Below, piece by piece: positions 1 to 13,320 of a stretch of DNA of 64,000 nt. Numbering within the stretch: the stretch's first letter is position 1; each line of letters opens with the position of its first letter. The notes under the pieces were generated by a model. The model ran no database searches. It saw only the letters and a list, made by a program, of their open reading frames with translations, and was not told where the DNA came from. Location: the NCBI GenBank assembly GCA_951406725.2, contig OX597829.1, forward strand, positions 35,278,001 through 35,342,000, read 5' to 3'. This stretch comes from Octopus vulgaris (lineage: Eukaryota). Position numbers and translations under genes: made by a program.

Positions 1-52
<52 letters not shown>

Positions 53-54
53 AT

Positions 55-1490
55 TATATTTTGACAAAGAAATCAATAACGATGAATCAAAGGTTCGTAA
101 CAAAAGCAGTTATAATCCCACAAAAGGCAGAAACAAAACTTTGGACAAATTTTGTGACTACATTTCAATCTTTCCTTATAGTGAACTTCCACAACCTAAA
201 CCCAAACCCAACACCAGTAAAAGGGAATGGGAAATCGTCTATGAGTTACAAAACAATCATGACATCACAATCAAAGAAGCAGATAAGGGTAGTACTGTCA
301 TCATTATGGATACTGAACAGTATAACTACTCTGTATCTCACCTTTTACAAGATACTGCCTACTATGAAAGAGTAGTCAACAACCAACAATCCAAAACAAT
401 GACCAAATTAAACACACTCATTTGCCAACATTGAAATAACTTAACAGCAAAGGAATGCGACTACCTAACAAACTTTAATTGCAAAACCAGCATCCTCTAC
501 GAGCTTCCGAAAATCCACAAGAGCAAAATAATTACTGAAGCTTGCTAAAAGTCCACTTCAACCTGCATCACTGAACCACTTCCACTGATCTTAAAGTGAG
601 ACCAATTGTGGCAGACCCAAACTGTGAAACACACAGATTAAGCAACTTTATCGATAGCCTCTTAAAACCAATACTTAAACACATACCAAGTATTGTAAGA
701 GATGACCTGGACCTACAAAATCTTCTCCCCAAACATACCAATAAAGACATTTTCATTATCTTCTTTGATGAAATAAACCTTTACACTACGATCCCACATC
801 AATATGGACTGGAAGCCATTAAATTCTGGCTAGAAAAATACCCCAATGAGGTCCCGGAAAGAATAAATAAGAATTTATCATCGAGGGCCTTAAGTTTATC
901 CTCAAAACAACTTTTTGAATTTTAATAATAACACCTACAGACAGGTATCAGGGACTGCAATGGGTATTAAATTTTCACTTACTTGTGCAAACCTGCTGAT
1001 GGCCTACCTCGAATTACAAATTTATGAAGAATTCAAATCAAAATACGGCCTGTCTTTCCACAAATACCTGTTGGAGAATTGGAAACGTTCCTTTGATGAT
1101 TGCCTCATCCTATGGTCCCACACACTCGACCAACTCATTGATTTCCAAAAACTTAATAAACAATGTCAACAACCATATCCAATTTACAATGGAATATAGA
1201 CAAGACCAACTTTCTTTTCTTGACATTCTTATAAAAAATGCACCAACATTGAAACTGATATCCACTACAAACCAACTGATTCCAAACAATACCTTGCGTT
1301 CACCTCCAATTACCCAAACGACAGGAATATAAACATCCCCTTTAACCCAGCGAGAAGAATCTGTACAATTCTCTCAAATTATAGAACACGAAATAAAAGA
1401 CTGCAAGAACTAAAGGCAACTCTTCTCGAAAGACATTACCCAGCATTATTAGTTGACAATGGAATAGAACGGGCCAAGGCAATCGCTACC
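55..1490 (+). mobile_element. Degenerate Penelope-like retroelement (Neptune-like) RT region, 3' endonuclease missing
   Basis: Frameshifted ORF pieces 27-434, 596-925 and 915-1199 carry PLE motifs ITIKEADKGSTVIIMD, RPIVADPNC, NLYTTIPH, QVSGTAMG..ANLLM and WKRSFDDCLILW (degenerate YIDD). Thumb region follows to ~1490. Flanked by (TA)n/(TG)n. Confidence 0.85.
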
Positions 1491-1534
1491 TAAGAAGTGA
1501 ATAAACATCTTTAAAATTACATTTTCAAATCTTC

Positions 1535-1599
<65 letters not shown>

Positions 1600-1877
1600 C
1601 ACGCATATATATATGTATATATATATATGTATATATATATATGTATATATATATATAATGCAGCGGGAATGAATTCTGAGTAATCGTTATCATAATTTAA
1701 TTTACTTTAAGGTAAGGATGACTTAAATTGACTTTTAACATCCCCATTCATACAAAGACCAAGTAGATAGTTAACTCGCTTTGTGATCATGAGTGCACCA
1801 ATCCTCACGTGTGCGTCTGCTCACATTTTTGCGGATGCTTGTATGAGCGAGTATACTCGCGTCATGCAGCTTGTATA

Positions 1878-1927
<50 letters not shown>

Positions 1928-1972
1928 CATACGCATATATATACGCACACATATATATATATACATATATAT

Positions 1973-2186
1973 ACTCTTTTACTCTTTTACTTGTTTCAGT
2001 CATTTGACTGCGGCCATGCTGGAGCACCGCCTTTAATCGAGCAACTCGACTCCGGGACTTATTCTTTTTGTAAGCCCAGTACTTATTCTATCGGTCTCTT
2101 TTGCCGAACCGCTAAGTAACGGGGACATAAACACACCAGCATCGGTTGTCAAGCAATGCTAGGGGGACAAACACAGACACACAAAC
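1973..2186 (-). mobile_element. SINE family A, 3' half only
   Basis: Near-identical to the 3' halves of copies at 4571, 14539, 45209 and 48258; (GAGTAAAA)n tail. Confidence 0.9.
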
Positions 2187-2226
2187 AAATACACATACAT
2201 ATATATATATACATATATATACATAA

Positions 2227-2275
<49 letters not shown>

Positions 2276-2304
2276 TATATACATATATATATATACATAT
2301 ATAC

Positions 2305-2335
<31 letters not shown>

Positions 2336-2420
2336 CACACATATACATATACATATATATATACACACACACACATATATATATATACATATACATATAC
2401 ATATATATATATACATATAC

Positions 2421-2475
<55 letters not shown>

Positions 2476-2518
2476 TATATACATACATATATATATACAT
2501 ATACATATATATACATAT

Positions 2519-2566
<48 letters not shown>
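2187..2566. repeat. Compound (TA)n/(CA)n microsatellite
   Basis: Directly visible. Confidence 0.95.
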
Positions 2567-2569
<3 letters not shown>

Positions 2570-2820
2570 GGCGCAATTGCCCAGTGGTTAGGGCAGCGGA
2601 CTCGCGGTCGTAGGATCGCGGTTTCGATTCCAAGACCAGGCGTTGTGAGTGTTTATTGAACGAAAACATCTAAAAGCTCAACGACGCTCCGGCAGGGGGT
2701 GGTGATCCCTGCTGTACTCTTTCACCACTCTTTCTTCTGTTGGCCTGCTTGCTTAGCCAGCGAAAGCATTGTGACCAGCGATGTGTAACAACATCTGATG
2801 GTCTGGTCGGTCACGTAATC
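2567..2820 (+). mobile_element. tRNA-derived SINE, family B head with an alternative 3' tail
   Basis: Head GGCGCAATTGCCCAGTGGTTAGGGCAGCGGACTCGCGG..GGTTTCGATTCC (A/B boxes) matches the 8842 and 33648 copies up to CTCTTTCACCAC, then diverges. Confidence 0.8.
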
Positions 2821-2829
2821 GTAATATAT

Positions 2830-3030
<201 letters not shown>

Positions 3031-3107
3031 TTTCTATAAGTATATCTGTGTGTATGTGAGTGTTTCTGGGTGTAATGTTAGATACATTAATAATAATATA
3101 ATTGGCA

Positions 3108-3420
3108 CTATATTGTTAACAGATGTTGCTGGTTACACCTTGACGAGAACCTCAACGAAAACATCCACGCTGAGAGATATTTCAACTGTGGCAATCCCGT
3201 CTTGCCTTTTGTCACCTTCAACAACATTATATAATGTATCCTGTTTCTATTTATTAGGGGTAACGCGTTATTTGCAGGGGATTTCGCTTGCTCTATCTTT
3301 AGAGTGTTACTGGTTTTAACTACATATTTATTGCTATAAGTGCAATGAATGTTTCTGAATCCGACAGGTATACGGTGAAGGCAGGAGGATACATCAACCA
3401 AAATGTTCTGACTGCAACGT
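3108..3420 (-). pseudogene. Possible highly degenerate GIY-YIG (PLE) remnant
   Basis: IHCTYSNKYVVKTSNTLKI resembles the C..C...YIGET.R motif; weak. Confidence 0.25.
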
Positions 3421-3497
3421 TGATGCTGAAGGCACTTATCTGAATATGTCAGGTATATAAATTATGATTCCTCATCTCACATATACATACGTATACA

Positions 3498-3558
<61 letters not shown>

Positions 3559-3926
3559 TACAGAGTAAAGATTCGGATAGTATAAAGGAAAGACAGAACA
3601 ATGTAAAATAAAATCACAGTGGTGTTTTTTTCTAAATACGCAGTTGTAGGCATGCCTATGAAAAGTAGATAATCTGGTTAAACTCTGTTTTGTCTCAATG
3701 GTCACAACACTAGCAATATAGTTTATAGCTACTTATAGTACTCAAAGTCTTCGACAGATTTACATTGATTTACCCAAATTTGCCAAAATACGCATTTGGT
3801 GAATAAATTAATAGGAACTATTTAAGCTAGCCGCTTTTTTCTGACCACAAGGGAGAAACAACTTGTGCTTTAACCACTTTATTAATCTACTTCAAACGCA
3901 CCCCATAAGTTTACGTATTCATTTAT

Positions 3927-4019
<93 letters not shown>

Positions 4020-4570
4020 TTATATGTATGTATATTTATAATATATATGTAATAGAATTTTCTGAATCTTCAGATTTTTTCAGTATGCTAGGCCGCTGCT
4101 TTAAATTGATATTAATCTAATAGCAATTTTTATCCTTATTATTTAAATTTAAATAACCATGTTCTCTAATCGGCAAACTTCGATGCAAAAAATTATTTTC
4201 TGCAGAGTCTTTTCGGGCTTCGGTGTGCCAAAAGGAAGACATTTGAAATATACCTCCAACTATAATTGATAGAACTGTATGCATATTCTCTCTCGTGAAG
4301 ACGTCTCGTGTATAGTTCTAGAAATTATATTTTCCATGATGGTCACACTGAGGATTTGCAGACATATACATAATGTAAAGGTAACAATGTAATCATAGTA
4401 TGTGACTAATCATTATATTTTGTATATTTTCATTTGTCTTGCTCGCTTTACGAATTTTCTTGAGAACAATTTTTCTTAGTTGTCAGATCGTATGGCGTTT
4501 ACCTTTAGCATATTAGGAATCCAACTAGTGGTTATTCCTCTTATATGTGTATATATATGTATGTATATAT

Positions 4571-4777
4571 CTCTTTTACTTGTTTCAGTCATTTGACTGC
4601 GGCCATGCTGGAGCACCGCCTTTAGTCGAGCAGATCGACCCCGGGACTTATTCTTTGTAAGCCCAGTACTTATTCTATCGGTCTCTTTTGCCGAACAGCT
4701 AGGTGACGGGGACATAAACACACCAGCATCGGTTGTCAAGCAATGCTAGGGGGACAAACACAGACACACAAACATAT

Positions 4778-4844
<67 letters not shown>

Positions 4845-5005
4845 ACAGGCTTCTTTCAGTTTCCGTCTACCAAATCCACTCACAAGGCATTGGTCGGCCC
4901 GAGGCTCTAGCAGAAGACACTTGCCCAAGATACCACGCAGTGGGACTGAACCCGGAACCATGTGGTTGGTAAGCAAGCTACTTACCACACAGCCACTCCT
5001 GCGCC
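4571..5005 (-). mobile_element. SINE family A, full length, internal (TA)n(TG)n
   Basis: tRNA-like head GGCGCAGGAGTGGCTGTGTGGTAAG..GGTTCAGTCCC, CORE-like CCTTGGGCAAG, internal microsatellite, conserved 3' half. Confidence 0.92.
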
Positions 5006-5009
5006 TATA

Positions 5010-5098
<89 letters not shown>

Positions 5099-5100
<2 letters not shown>

Positions 5101-5262
5101 GGCGGACTTCTTTCAGTTTCCGTCTACCAAATTCACTCACAAGGCTTTGGTCGGCGCAAGGCTAAAGTAACAGACAGTCGTCCAAGGCGCCACGCAGTGG
5201 GATTGAACTCGGAAACAGGTAGTTGGTAATAAAATTTCTTACCACACAGTCATGCCTGCACC
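5099..5262 (-). mobile_element. SINE family A, 5' half only, diverged
   Basis: Aligns with the head of the 4571 copy and ends in (TA)n. Confidence 0.8.
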
Positions 5263-5295
5263 TGCACTTTCACACACGCACTTAGACACAGACAC

Positions 5296-5368
<73 letters not shown>

Positions 5369-5703
5369 AACCAGGAAGCGTAAGGGTTTCTCATGCTTGT
5401 GTATAAAATGAAAAAAGAAATGGAAACCAGAATTTTCTTTAACCAGAGGCTAAATGAACATATTCTTGGTTGTGATTTCAATATGCACAAGGGTACTAGA
5501 AACACCAAAGAATTTCTCGTCTCCGATATTCAAATGTATTTATTTGGGATTATTTTAAAAAGAGTCAGATTATGTAACATTATATAAATTTATATTATCT
5601 GAGTTATTCTCTTTGTTAGAATTCTGCGAGAGAAAATACATAATAATTTGGAAAATATTTACAAATTATATACACACAAGTTTGTATGTATACGTATATA
5701 TTG

Positions 5704-5844
<141 letters not shown>

Positions 5845-6119
5845 TAATATACACGTGTTTAAAAGTTTTCTTTTTACTAGAAGGAAATTAATATAACTAT
5901 GTATATTTTTATTATTGTATAATTTGAGGTACGATAAGTCTATGAGAAAAACAAAAGAAAACTGAAAAACTTCATCCAAAATCATTTAAAAACATTTTTC
6001 TCAAAATAATATGAGATAAATTTAATTCTTTCCTTTATATATCTATATTTTTTGTTAAAAATAAATGAATATTTTCAATTGCTTATCTTAAGCGTATACT
6101 AGATATAAGTTCAAGTACT

Positions 6120-6362
6120 GTTTTCTTCTTCTTCTTCTTCTTCTTCTTCTTCTTCTTCTTCTTCTTCTTCTTCTTCTTCTTCTTCTTCTTCTTCTTCTTC
6201 TTCTTCTTCTTCTTCTTCTTCTCCTCCTCCTCCTCCTCCTTCTTCTTCTTCTTCTTCTTTTTCTTCTTCTTCTTCTTCTTTTTCTTCTTCTTTTTCTTCT
6301 TCTTTTTCTTCTTTTTCTTCTTCTTCTTCTTCTTCTTCTTCTTTTTCTTTTTCTTCTTCTTC

Positions 6363-6403
<41 letters not shown>

Positions 6404-6500
6404 TTAATAATAATAATAATGATGATAATAATGATAATGATAATGATAATAATGATGATAGTAATGATAATGATAATAATAATAATGATAAGAAGAAGAA
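6120..6500. repeat. Compound (CTT)n-(AAT/GAT)n microsatellite
   Basis: Directly visible. Confidence 0.95.
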
Positions 6501-7049
6501 GAAGAACAACAGCTGATATAGTTACGAAAAATAACATATTTAATACGAAATTTCGTAATCATAGTCATAAGCACACTATGACTAGTGATGAAAAAAGAGA
6601 CAGACGTATTAGAATACAAGTCCCTCTCTATAAAACCTGACGTACCCACAACACACATGCACATACGCACCCCTAACAAAAACAAAAAAAAATCATAGAA
6701 AAAGATAAGAGAGAAAAACAGGGAAGACATGGGAGAAACGAGGAGAGATAGATTGTGCTATATTAATTTTGTTCTGAAGCTTTAAGTTGTTATTGAATAC
6801 TATTAAATAAATTAACATTATCAGTTTGTAACTTTATAGGCTGTGATATGATGGATCTATCTGTGGAATATATTAGTATGTGTATGTATGTATGTATGTA
6901 TGTATGTATGTATGTATGTATGTATGTATGTATGTATGTATGTGTGTAAGTGTATATATATATATATATACATACATACATACATACATACACCTATATT
7001 TATGTGTGCGCGTGTGTGCGTAAGTGTATCTATATACAAACACACACAC

Positions 7050-7088
<39 letters not shown>

Positions 7089-7206
7089 GTTTTGCGCGAC
7101 TATAAAAATATATAGATTGACACTAACTCACAAGAATTTGTGTCGTTCTATATTTAGATATGGATGCATACACACGCACACACACACACGCTCACACATA
7201 CACACG

Positions 7207-7264
<58 letters not shown>

Positions 7265-7964
7265 TATAGAGGGGTCAACTTTTCTTTAAATCATACTATA
7301 ATGAAGAAATACAACTGTGTTTAATCTCTTTTTCTTAAATATTTTTGTATGTTCCTTTTGCAGCCGTTTTTTTGCGGAATAGAATTCCCAAGAGCATAGA
7401 CATTCCGAGACCTGCAACACATAATACAAAGCACGAAATAAAACTACATAGAACAACTTTCAGTTGATAACGCTACCGACGTATAATGAATTCCACAAAA
7501 GGTAGAGTTATTAATAATAAAATACAAGCATACTGATATAGTTCATATAAGAGGGCGATGGTGTAAAAGAACCTGCTTTCAGGTATGTGTAGATGGTTCA
7601 GCGACTGGTGGATGATATATATATATATTTGTGTGTGTGTGTGTGTTCAAACAAATGTGAATTTATAGTTATATAATAGAAATATGTACAGCGGTAGATG
7701 TACGTTTGATGAGTACATGAAAATATGTACATAAAGGTGCATGTTTATGCTAGTATGCACAGCTATATATACCATTTGCGCATGCTTGTTTTCTCGTTAC
7801 TGTGTAATAGCCGCAAATATACATGCACACAAGGGTGTTTGAATTTTTATTAATATCATTTTGTGGACGTATATTAACATGGTTTTAATCCATAGGCACG
7901 TACATTGTGTATGTAAATAAGTATTACACATGTACACACACACGTATATATATATATACATATA

Positions 7965-8770
7965 TATTCGGGCACCTGCCATTTAAAACATCGTGGGATT
8001 CACCCACACTCTTAACGCAATCTCTCCTAATGTCACCGTCTCCACCAAAGTCTCCAATTGTCTCTCCTCTGCCTGTATAATGAGGTCCAATGTTTTTCCT
8101 CTCCATCCTCCGTCCTCCGTTTCCGTGGCTTGGAGGACAGCTACCGCCTCCTCACTTCCAACGAGGATGGCTGCCGCAAACCAAGCCACTTCTATATCGG
8201 GTGGAATTCATTCTACCCTCACCTTAGACGTCTTTCTTCCAAGGTACGTGGGTAGAAGAACTACTTCCTCTGTTCTCACCGTTGTACTCGCCAGCCTCTT
8301 TGCCTTCTCTGCTGTCCTAAATTGGACAACCATCCGTCCCATATCCATTTCCTTTCGCTGTGTATGTCACTTGCTTCGAAAGCCCCTTCAATGCTTTTTT
8401 TACTTTTTCCATCTCCACCCGCTCCACCTTCCTACTCTTCACTGAGTACACCTTGTAAGTAATGGTCTTCCATAGTTTCCATAACTCTTTTCGGGGGTAA
8501 TAAGTTCCCGTCACCGCCCACCTTCTGTGTCATCTTACTCAGCTCCTTCAGTCCAGCTAGGTCCACCTCCCTTTTCCTCACATTTGCAGCCTCAGCAAAA
8601 CTCTTTACTCATTCCAAATGCTCGTCCATTCTATTTACCGCCTTAACGAGCTCCTCCTCCGCTGAGGACAGCTCATACTTGCTAAGGTCTGAATACATTT
8701 TTTTCTACCGGCACAACGCTCACTGACAAACCATTAACAAGCAGCACAGAAATTCCGTCCGACTCGGCAA
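7965..8770 (-). mobile_element. LINE ORF1-like remnant (copy 1)
   Basis: Translates across frameshifts as SSAEEEL..KSFA..PRKELWKLWKTITYKVYS..EEVVLLPTYLGRKTSKVRV..PRCFKW (start of a zinc knuckle). Homologous to the copies at 11698 and 59880. Confidence 0.65.
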
Positions 8771-8841
8771 AAATCAACACCAGCAAATAGACCGACGCAA
8801 GCTTCTTATCACACAACCACGCCTGCGCCTATAGATATTTT

Positions 8842-9229
8842 GTGGAGGCGCAATGGCCCAGTGGTTAGGGCAGCGGACTCGCGGTCATAGGATCTCGGTT
8901 TCGATTCCCAGACCGGGCGTTGTGAGTGTTTATTGAGCGAAAACACCTAAAACTCCACGAGGCTCCGGCAGGGGATGGTGGTGATCCCTGCTGTACTCTT
9001 TCACCACAACTTTCTCTCACTCTTACTTCCTGTTTCTGTTGTACCTGTATTTCAAAGGGCCGGCCTTGTCAATCTCTGTGTCACGCTGAATATCCCCGAG
9101 AACTACGTTAAGGGTACACGTGTCTGTGGAGTGCTCAGCCACTTACACGTTAATTTCACGAGCAAGCTGTTCCGTTGATTCGGATCAACCGGAACCCTCA
9201 TCGTCGTAACCGACGGAGTGCTTCCATCC
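8842..9229 (+). mobile_element. tRNA(Arg)-like SINE family B, full length, 9-bp TSD
   Basis: A/B box head; near-identical copy at 33648-34040; TSD AGATATTTT at 8833-8841 and 9230-9238. Confidence 0.92.
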
Positions 9230-9419
9230 AGATATTTTATTTTTTCCTAATCTTTTACATTGCAGGGAATTGATTTTAACAACTGAGCATAATTTCTTTA
9301 CTCTCCCATGTCTGCCAGTCTATTTGTACGTACTTATCCATGTCTGTATATTTGTATATATATATACACGTATGTATGGATGCTTACTTATACGCCTATG
9401 TTAATACATACACGGGTGT

Positions 9420-9745
9420 ATGTATATATTTGTATGAATGAATGTATGTATGTATAAATGTGTGTGTATGTATGTATGCATGTATGTATGAATGCATGTA
9501 TGTATGTGTGTATATCTATATGTATGTATGTATGTATGTTTGTATGTATGTATGTATGTATGTATGTATGTGTGTATGTATGTATGTGTGTATGTATGTA
9601 TGTATGTAATGTATGTAATGTATGTATGTATGTATGTATGTATGTATGTATGTGTGTGTGTGTATGTATGTATGTGTGTATGTATGTATGTACGTATGTG
9701 TATGTGTATGTATGTATGTATGTATGTGTGTGTGTGTGTGTGTAT
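9420..9745. repeat. (TATG)n/(TG)n microsatellite
   Basis: Directly visible. Confidence 0.95.
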
Positions 9746-10231
9746 GAACGAATGTATATATATTGAATATTGATTTTTATAATGGATAATTCTGATTTTT
9801 TTTTAACTAGATGATATTTGATACGATGTAATTAAAAGTCATGTTGTAATTGGTTTCCATCCGTTGTTTATCAACGTAATGAGCACACGCGGACATACAC
9901 AGACGTTCAGACACGTAACATAATTGGTAGATATCCTGTAAAAGACTTTGCGATATTCAAGCGAAATATTACAATGTTAACGTGTAACAAATATGCGATC
10001 AGAAAATACGAAAAAGAAGCATTAGTTAGTTACTAATTCAGTTTCCAAACACAATGTGATCTTATTAGCAATTTTAGCATTCATCATGCTAAAAGGTGGC
10101 TACCGAATACCTACCAAAGAACGAAGGCATTGAAGAAAGTGTTTAGTAAGACAACAGGAAGAAACAACATTACATAGATAATCAATAAGGGAGAATATAC
10201 GAGTGTATATGTCTGTGCGTGTATCAGAAAG

Positions 10232-10297
<66 letters not shown>

Positions 10298-11697
10298 TAG
10301 AAAAGATTACAGTATTAACGTCGAATGTAACCGAGAACTGAGTTGCACTTTGAATGTTTCTCCATGTGCTTAAATCTTAGTCAGTAGAGAGATTAAGATT
10401 TATAAAACATCCCAGGTATAAATACGTACGAATGCACGCACACACACACATATATGCACGTACACACGCATACACATATATTGGAAATTGTTTCTTAACC
10501 GTAATCATTTACCGATATTTCTTGATGAATTAAGTAAAAGAAAAACAAAAACAACAAAAGAGAAGGAAATTAAAAAAAAAAGAGAGTATGCAAAATCCAG
10601 TTTAATTCATAAATAACAAAACTGTGGCAATAATATATCAAGTAATTAAATGAATAAAATTAATTGGTTTTCTTTCTGTTAGATAATCCATGTACTATAA
10701 CAGAGAAAGTTACCTATTAGTTGTATGTAACTTTTACTAAAAGAAAGCAATTATTAAGGACCACGCTGTTTAGAAAATTCTTATAAATTCCAATTTTATA
10801 TGCATATTTTTAAACAAAATACGGTCTTCAAGATTTTCTTATTGAGAATTTCAACTATACGCTAATCAGAAAACTGATTTTTGTTCACTGGTTTTCAGCG
10901 ACTTTGATTCTTTTTCTTTTACTCTTTTCATGCAACACGGTCTGTCTATCTCATTTTTTATATTTTTTTTTGGTCTACCATTTCTATTTCAAGTGGTCCT
11001 TATAATTTTCTCTCCTTTACTACTCTTATATTTATATTTTTTCCTTTTTTACTCTTATCTTTAGTGTTCTCTTCATGTTTTTTGTCTCTCCATATGTTAT
11101 TTCATTTAATGATTCTCGTCTTTGCAATGTTCTGTCTCTCGCTCTCTAACGTCTTAACAGCATTGAAATTAGACATTACTACTATTAGCTGCCATCCAAC
11201 ATCTAATAAAAATCTGGTACATCATCCCACTGTTTAGAGGTAACAATAAAAATTATAAACTTGACTTCATACATTATCAAAAACATTCTTTAGGGCAATA
11301 GCTTGTCGTTACTGCTCTTTGTTTCCTCATTAATCCTCTCGAATTAGAGCACCGCTCTCTGGTTTTGCAAGCGAAGACGAAAAAAATTCTGTGTGGTCAC
11401 GTGACTGTTTAAAGTGTAGGTGGTATGATATTGGCGCGCTTTTACGGTGTGGGCGATGTATAAAGACTACTACTGTCCATGTAGCGAGTAGTTCGTGCTA
11501 GTTCCACATCGTAAAAGGTTTTCTCCAACGGTTAGTGTTTTTTTTTAAAGTCATGCTGAAAAGTGCTGTTATTGTTAAATATTTTTGAAAATATTGTTGA
11601 AAAGTTTTTGTGTAAACATTTTGTTTTGTCTGCCTTTCGGTGGATTTGTTACCATTTCCCCCCCCCCCTGGTTTGAAGGGTAGAGCGTTGTGTTATT

Positions 11698-12185
11698 ATG
11701 AAGTTGTTTCCCGACTTCGAGTCCTCTGCGGAGGAATTGTTTAGATGCATTGACAGCATCGACAAAGTTAAGGGAGGAAAGAGTTTTGCAGCAGTGCTTG
11801 GTAATTCGAGAGAGGAAGTACAAGTAAGGAAGAGTTAGAGAAATTCAAAGACTTAATAAAAAGAGAAGCGCACGAAATTGTTGTGACCCCGCGAAAGGAA
11901 GTAAGTCACAGAGTGGAAAAAGAAACAATTGTGTATAAAACGTTTGATTTGGAAAAGAAAAGGATAGAGATTGTATCAAGGGAAAAAATAGAAAAATATC
12001 TGAAAGACATATGGAGCGACATTACATATGTTACCAGAGGAAGAAAGTACACCACAATGGAGGTGCGGTTTAAAACAGAAGAAAGAGCCAAGTATTATTC
12101 TATGGCCTCAAGAAATATGGCAGAGGTGGTACTTCTCCCAACTTACCTTGGGAGACGTGCTTCCAGGGTAAGGATGTTTAAATAT
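11698..12185 (+). mobile_element. LINE ORF1-like remnant (copy 2)
   Basis: ATG at ~11698 (MKLFPDFESSAEEL..KSFAAVL), frameshift, then ORF 11883-12272 TPRKEV..TIVYKTFD..YVTRGRKYTTMEVRFKT..VVLLPTYLGRRASRVR. Homologous to copies 1 and 3. Confidence 0.65.
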
Positions 12186-12637
12186 TCTTTGATAAATTTG
12201 TTCGAAATTTTTACCGGCATCCTCTCTGTCACCGGGTATGATCTGCGTCTGCGCAGTGGTCTGAAAAGTTAGAATATACAAGCAGTTAGTTTTACATGTG
12301 GATCTGGCTGTGTTGTGTATTTGAAATCGAAAGGCTGTCCCACTGATGAAACTTGGCCTTCAGCAAATATTTTATTGCTGGAAATAGTTAGAAACCATGG
12401 TCTGGGAAATAATTGAGATGGTAAACCTTTTTAATTTTCATTCCTTTCGAGAATTTATCCTTAATTGGTGTTTTGAGTTTTCTACTGCTCTTTCTAGCAC
12501 AAGGCTTTCCTATTTGGAAGCCTCTTATTGTATTTCTATGTGAATAATATATAGTCTAATGACTAATTCGTTTTTGTGCTAGGCCACTGGTAATAATAAT
12601 TTCTTATTACCCTATTGTTATATATATATATATATAT

Positions 12638-12782
12638 TCTTTTCTTTTCTTTTGTTTCAGTCATTTGACTGCGGCCATGATGGAGCACCGTCTTTAGTCG
12701 AACAAATCGACCCAAGGACTTATTCTTTGTCAGCCTAGTACTTATTCTATCGGTCTCTTTTGCCGAATCGTTAAGTTACAGA
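12638..12782 (-). mobile_element. SINE family A, 3' fragment
   Basis: TTGTTTCAGTCATTTGACTGCGGCCATG..TTTGCCGAA matches family A. Confidence 0.85.
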
Positions 12783-13014
12783 TACATGATATAAGTGAGT
12801 AACAAAGAGGTACAGATGTCAATTCATTGCGGCCGTTTCCAACGAATCCTTTAATTGATTACTGAGAACATTACATCATTGTAAAGAAACCGTTTTCCTC
12901 AGATGAATTCATTGTCTTCAAACATAAAGGACAGTTCAACTTATTCGACATAGTAAATAAATTCACAGAATAAAAATATTTACATTGATCCTGTTACCAT
13001 TCAGTCCACAGAAT

Positions 13015-13050
13015 ATCATCATCATCATCGTCGTCGTCATCATCATCATT

Positions 13051-13085
<35 letters not shown>

Positions 13086-13225
13086 TATCATTATCATCAT
13101 TATTATCATTATCATTATCATCATCATTATCATCATTATCATCATTATCATCATTATCATCATTATTATTATCATTATCATCATTATTATTATCATTATC
13201 ATCATTATCATTATCATTATTATTA
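13015..13225. repeat. (ATC/ATT)n microsatellite
   Basis: Directly visible; opposite polarity to most (AAT)n arrays in the window. Confidence 0.95.
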
Positions 13226-13264
13226 GCACGTCAGACAAAATACTTAGAAATTTTTCATCATTCT

Positions 13265-13320
13265 GGGATTGATAAAATTTAGTACCAGTCATTTACTGGG
13301 GTCTATGTAATCGACATAAC
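13265..13320 (+). mobile_element. SINE family C fragment
   Basis: GATAAAATTTAGTACCAGT..ACTGGGGTCTATGTAATCGAC matches the reverse complement of the 20965 and 54503 copies. Confidence 0.6.

Noticed and set aside
4206-4380. Apparent exon (TTTTCTGCAG acceptor, AAG|GTAACA donor)
   Set aside because: Stops in all three frames; splice-like motifs are common by chance.
5393-5587. HILGCDFNMH resembling the APE endonuclease GDFN motif
   Set aside because: Single short motif with no other endonuclease residues.
8847-8920. tRNA-like sequence
   Set aside because: SINE head: no CCA/acceptor stem closure, continues into a repeat body, and has TSDs.
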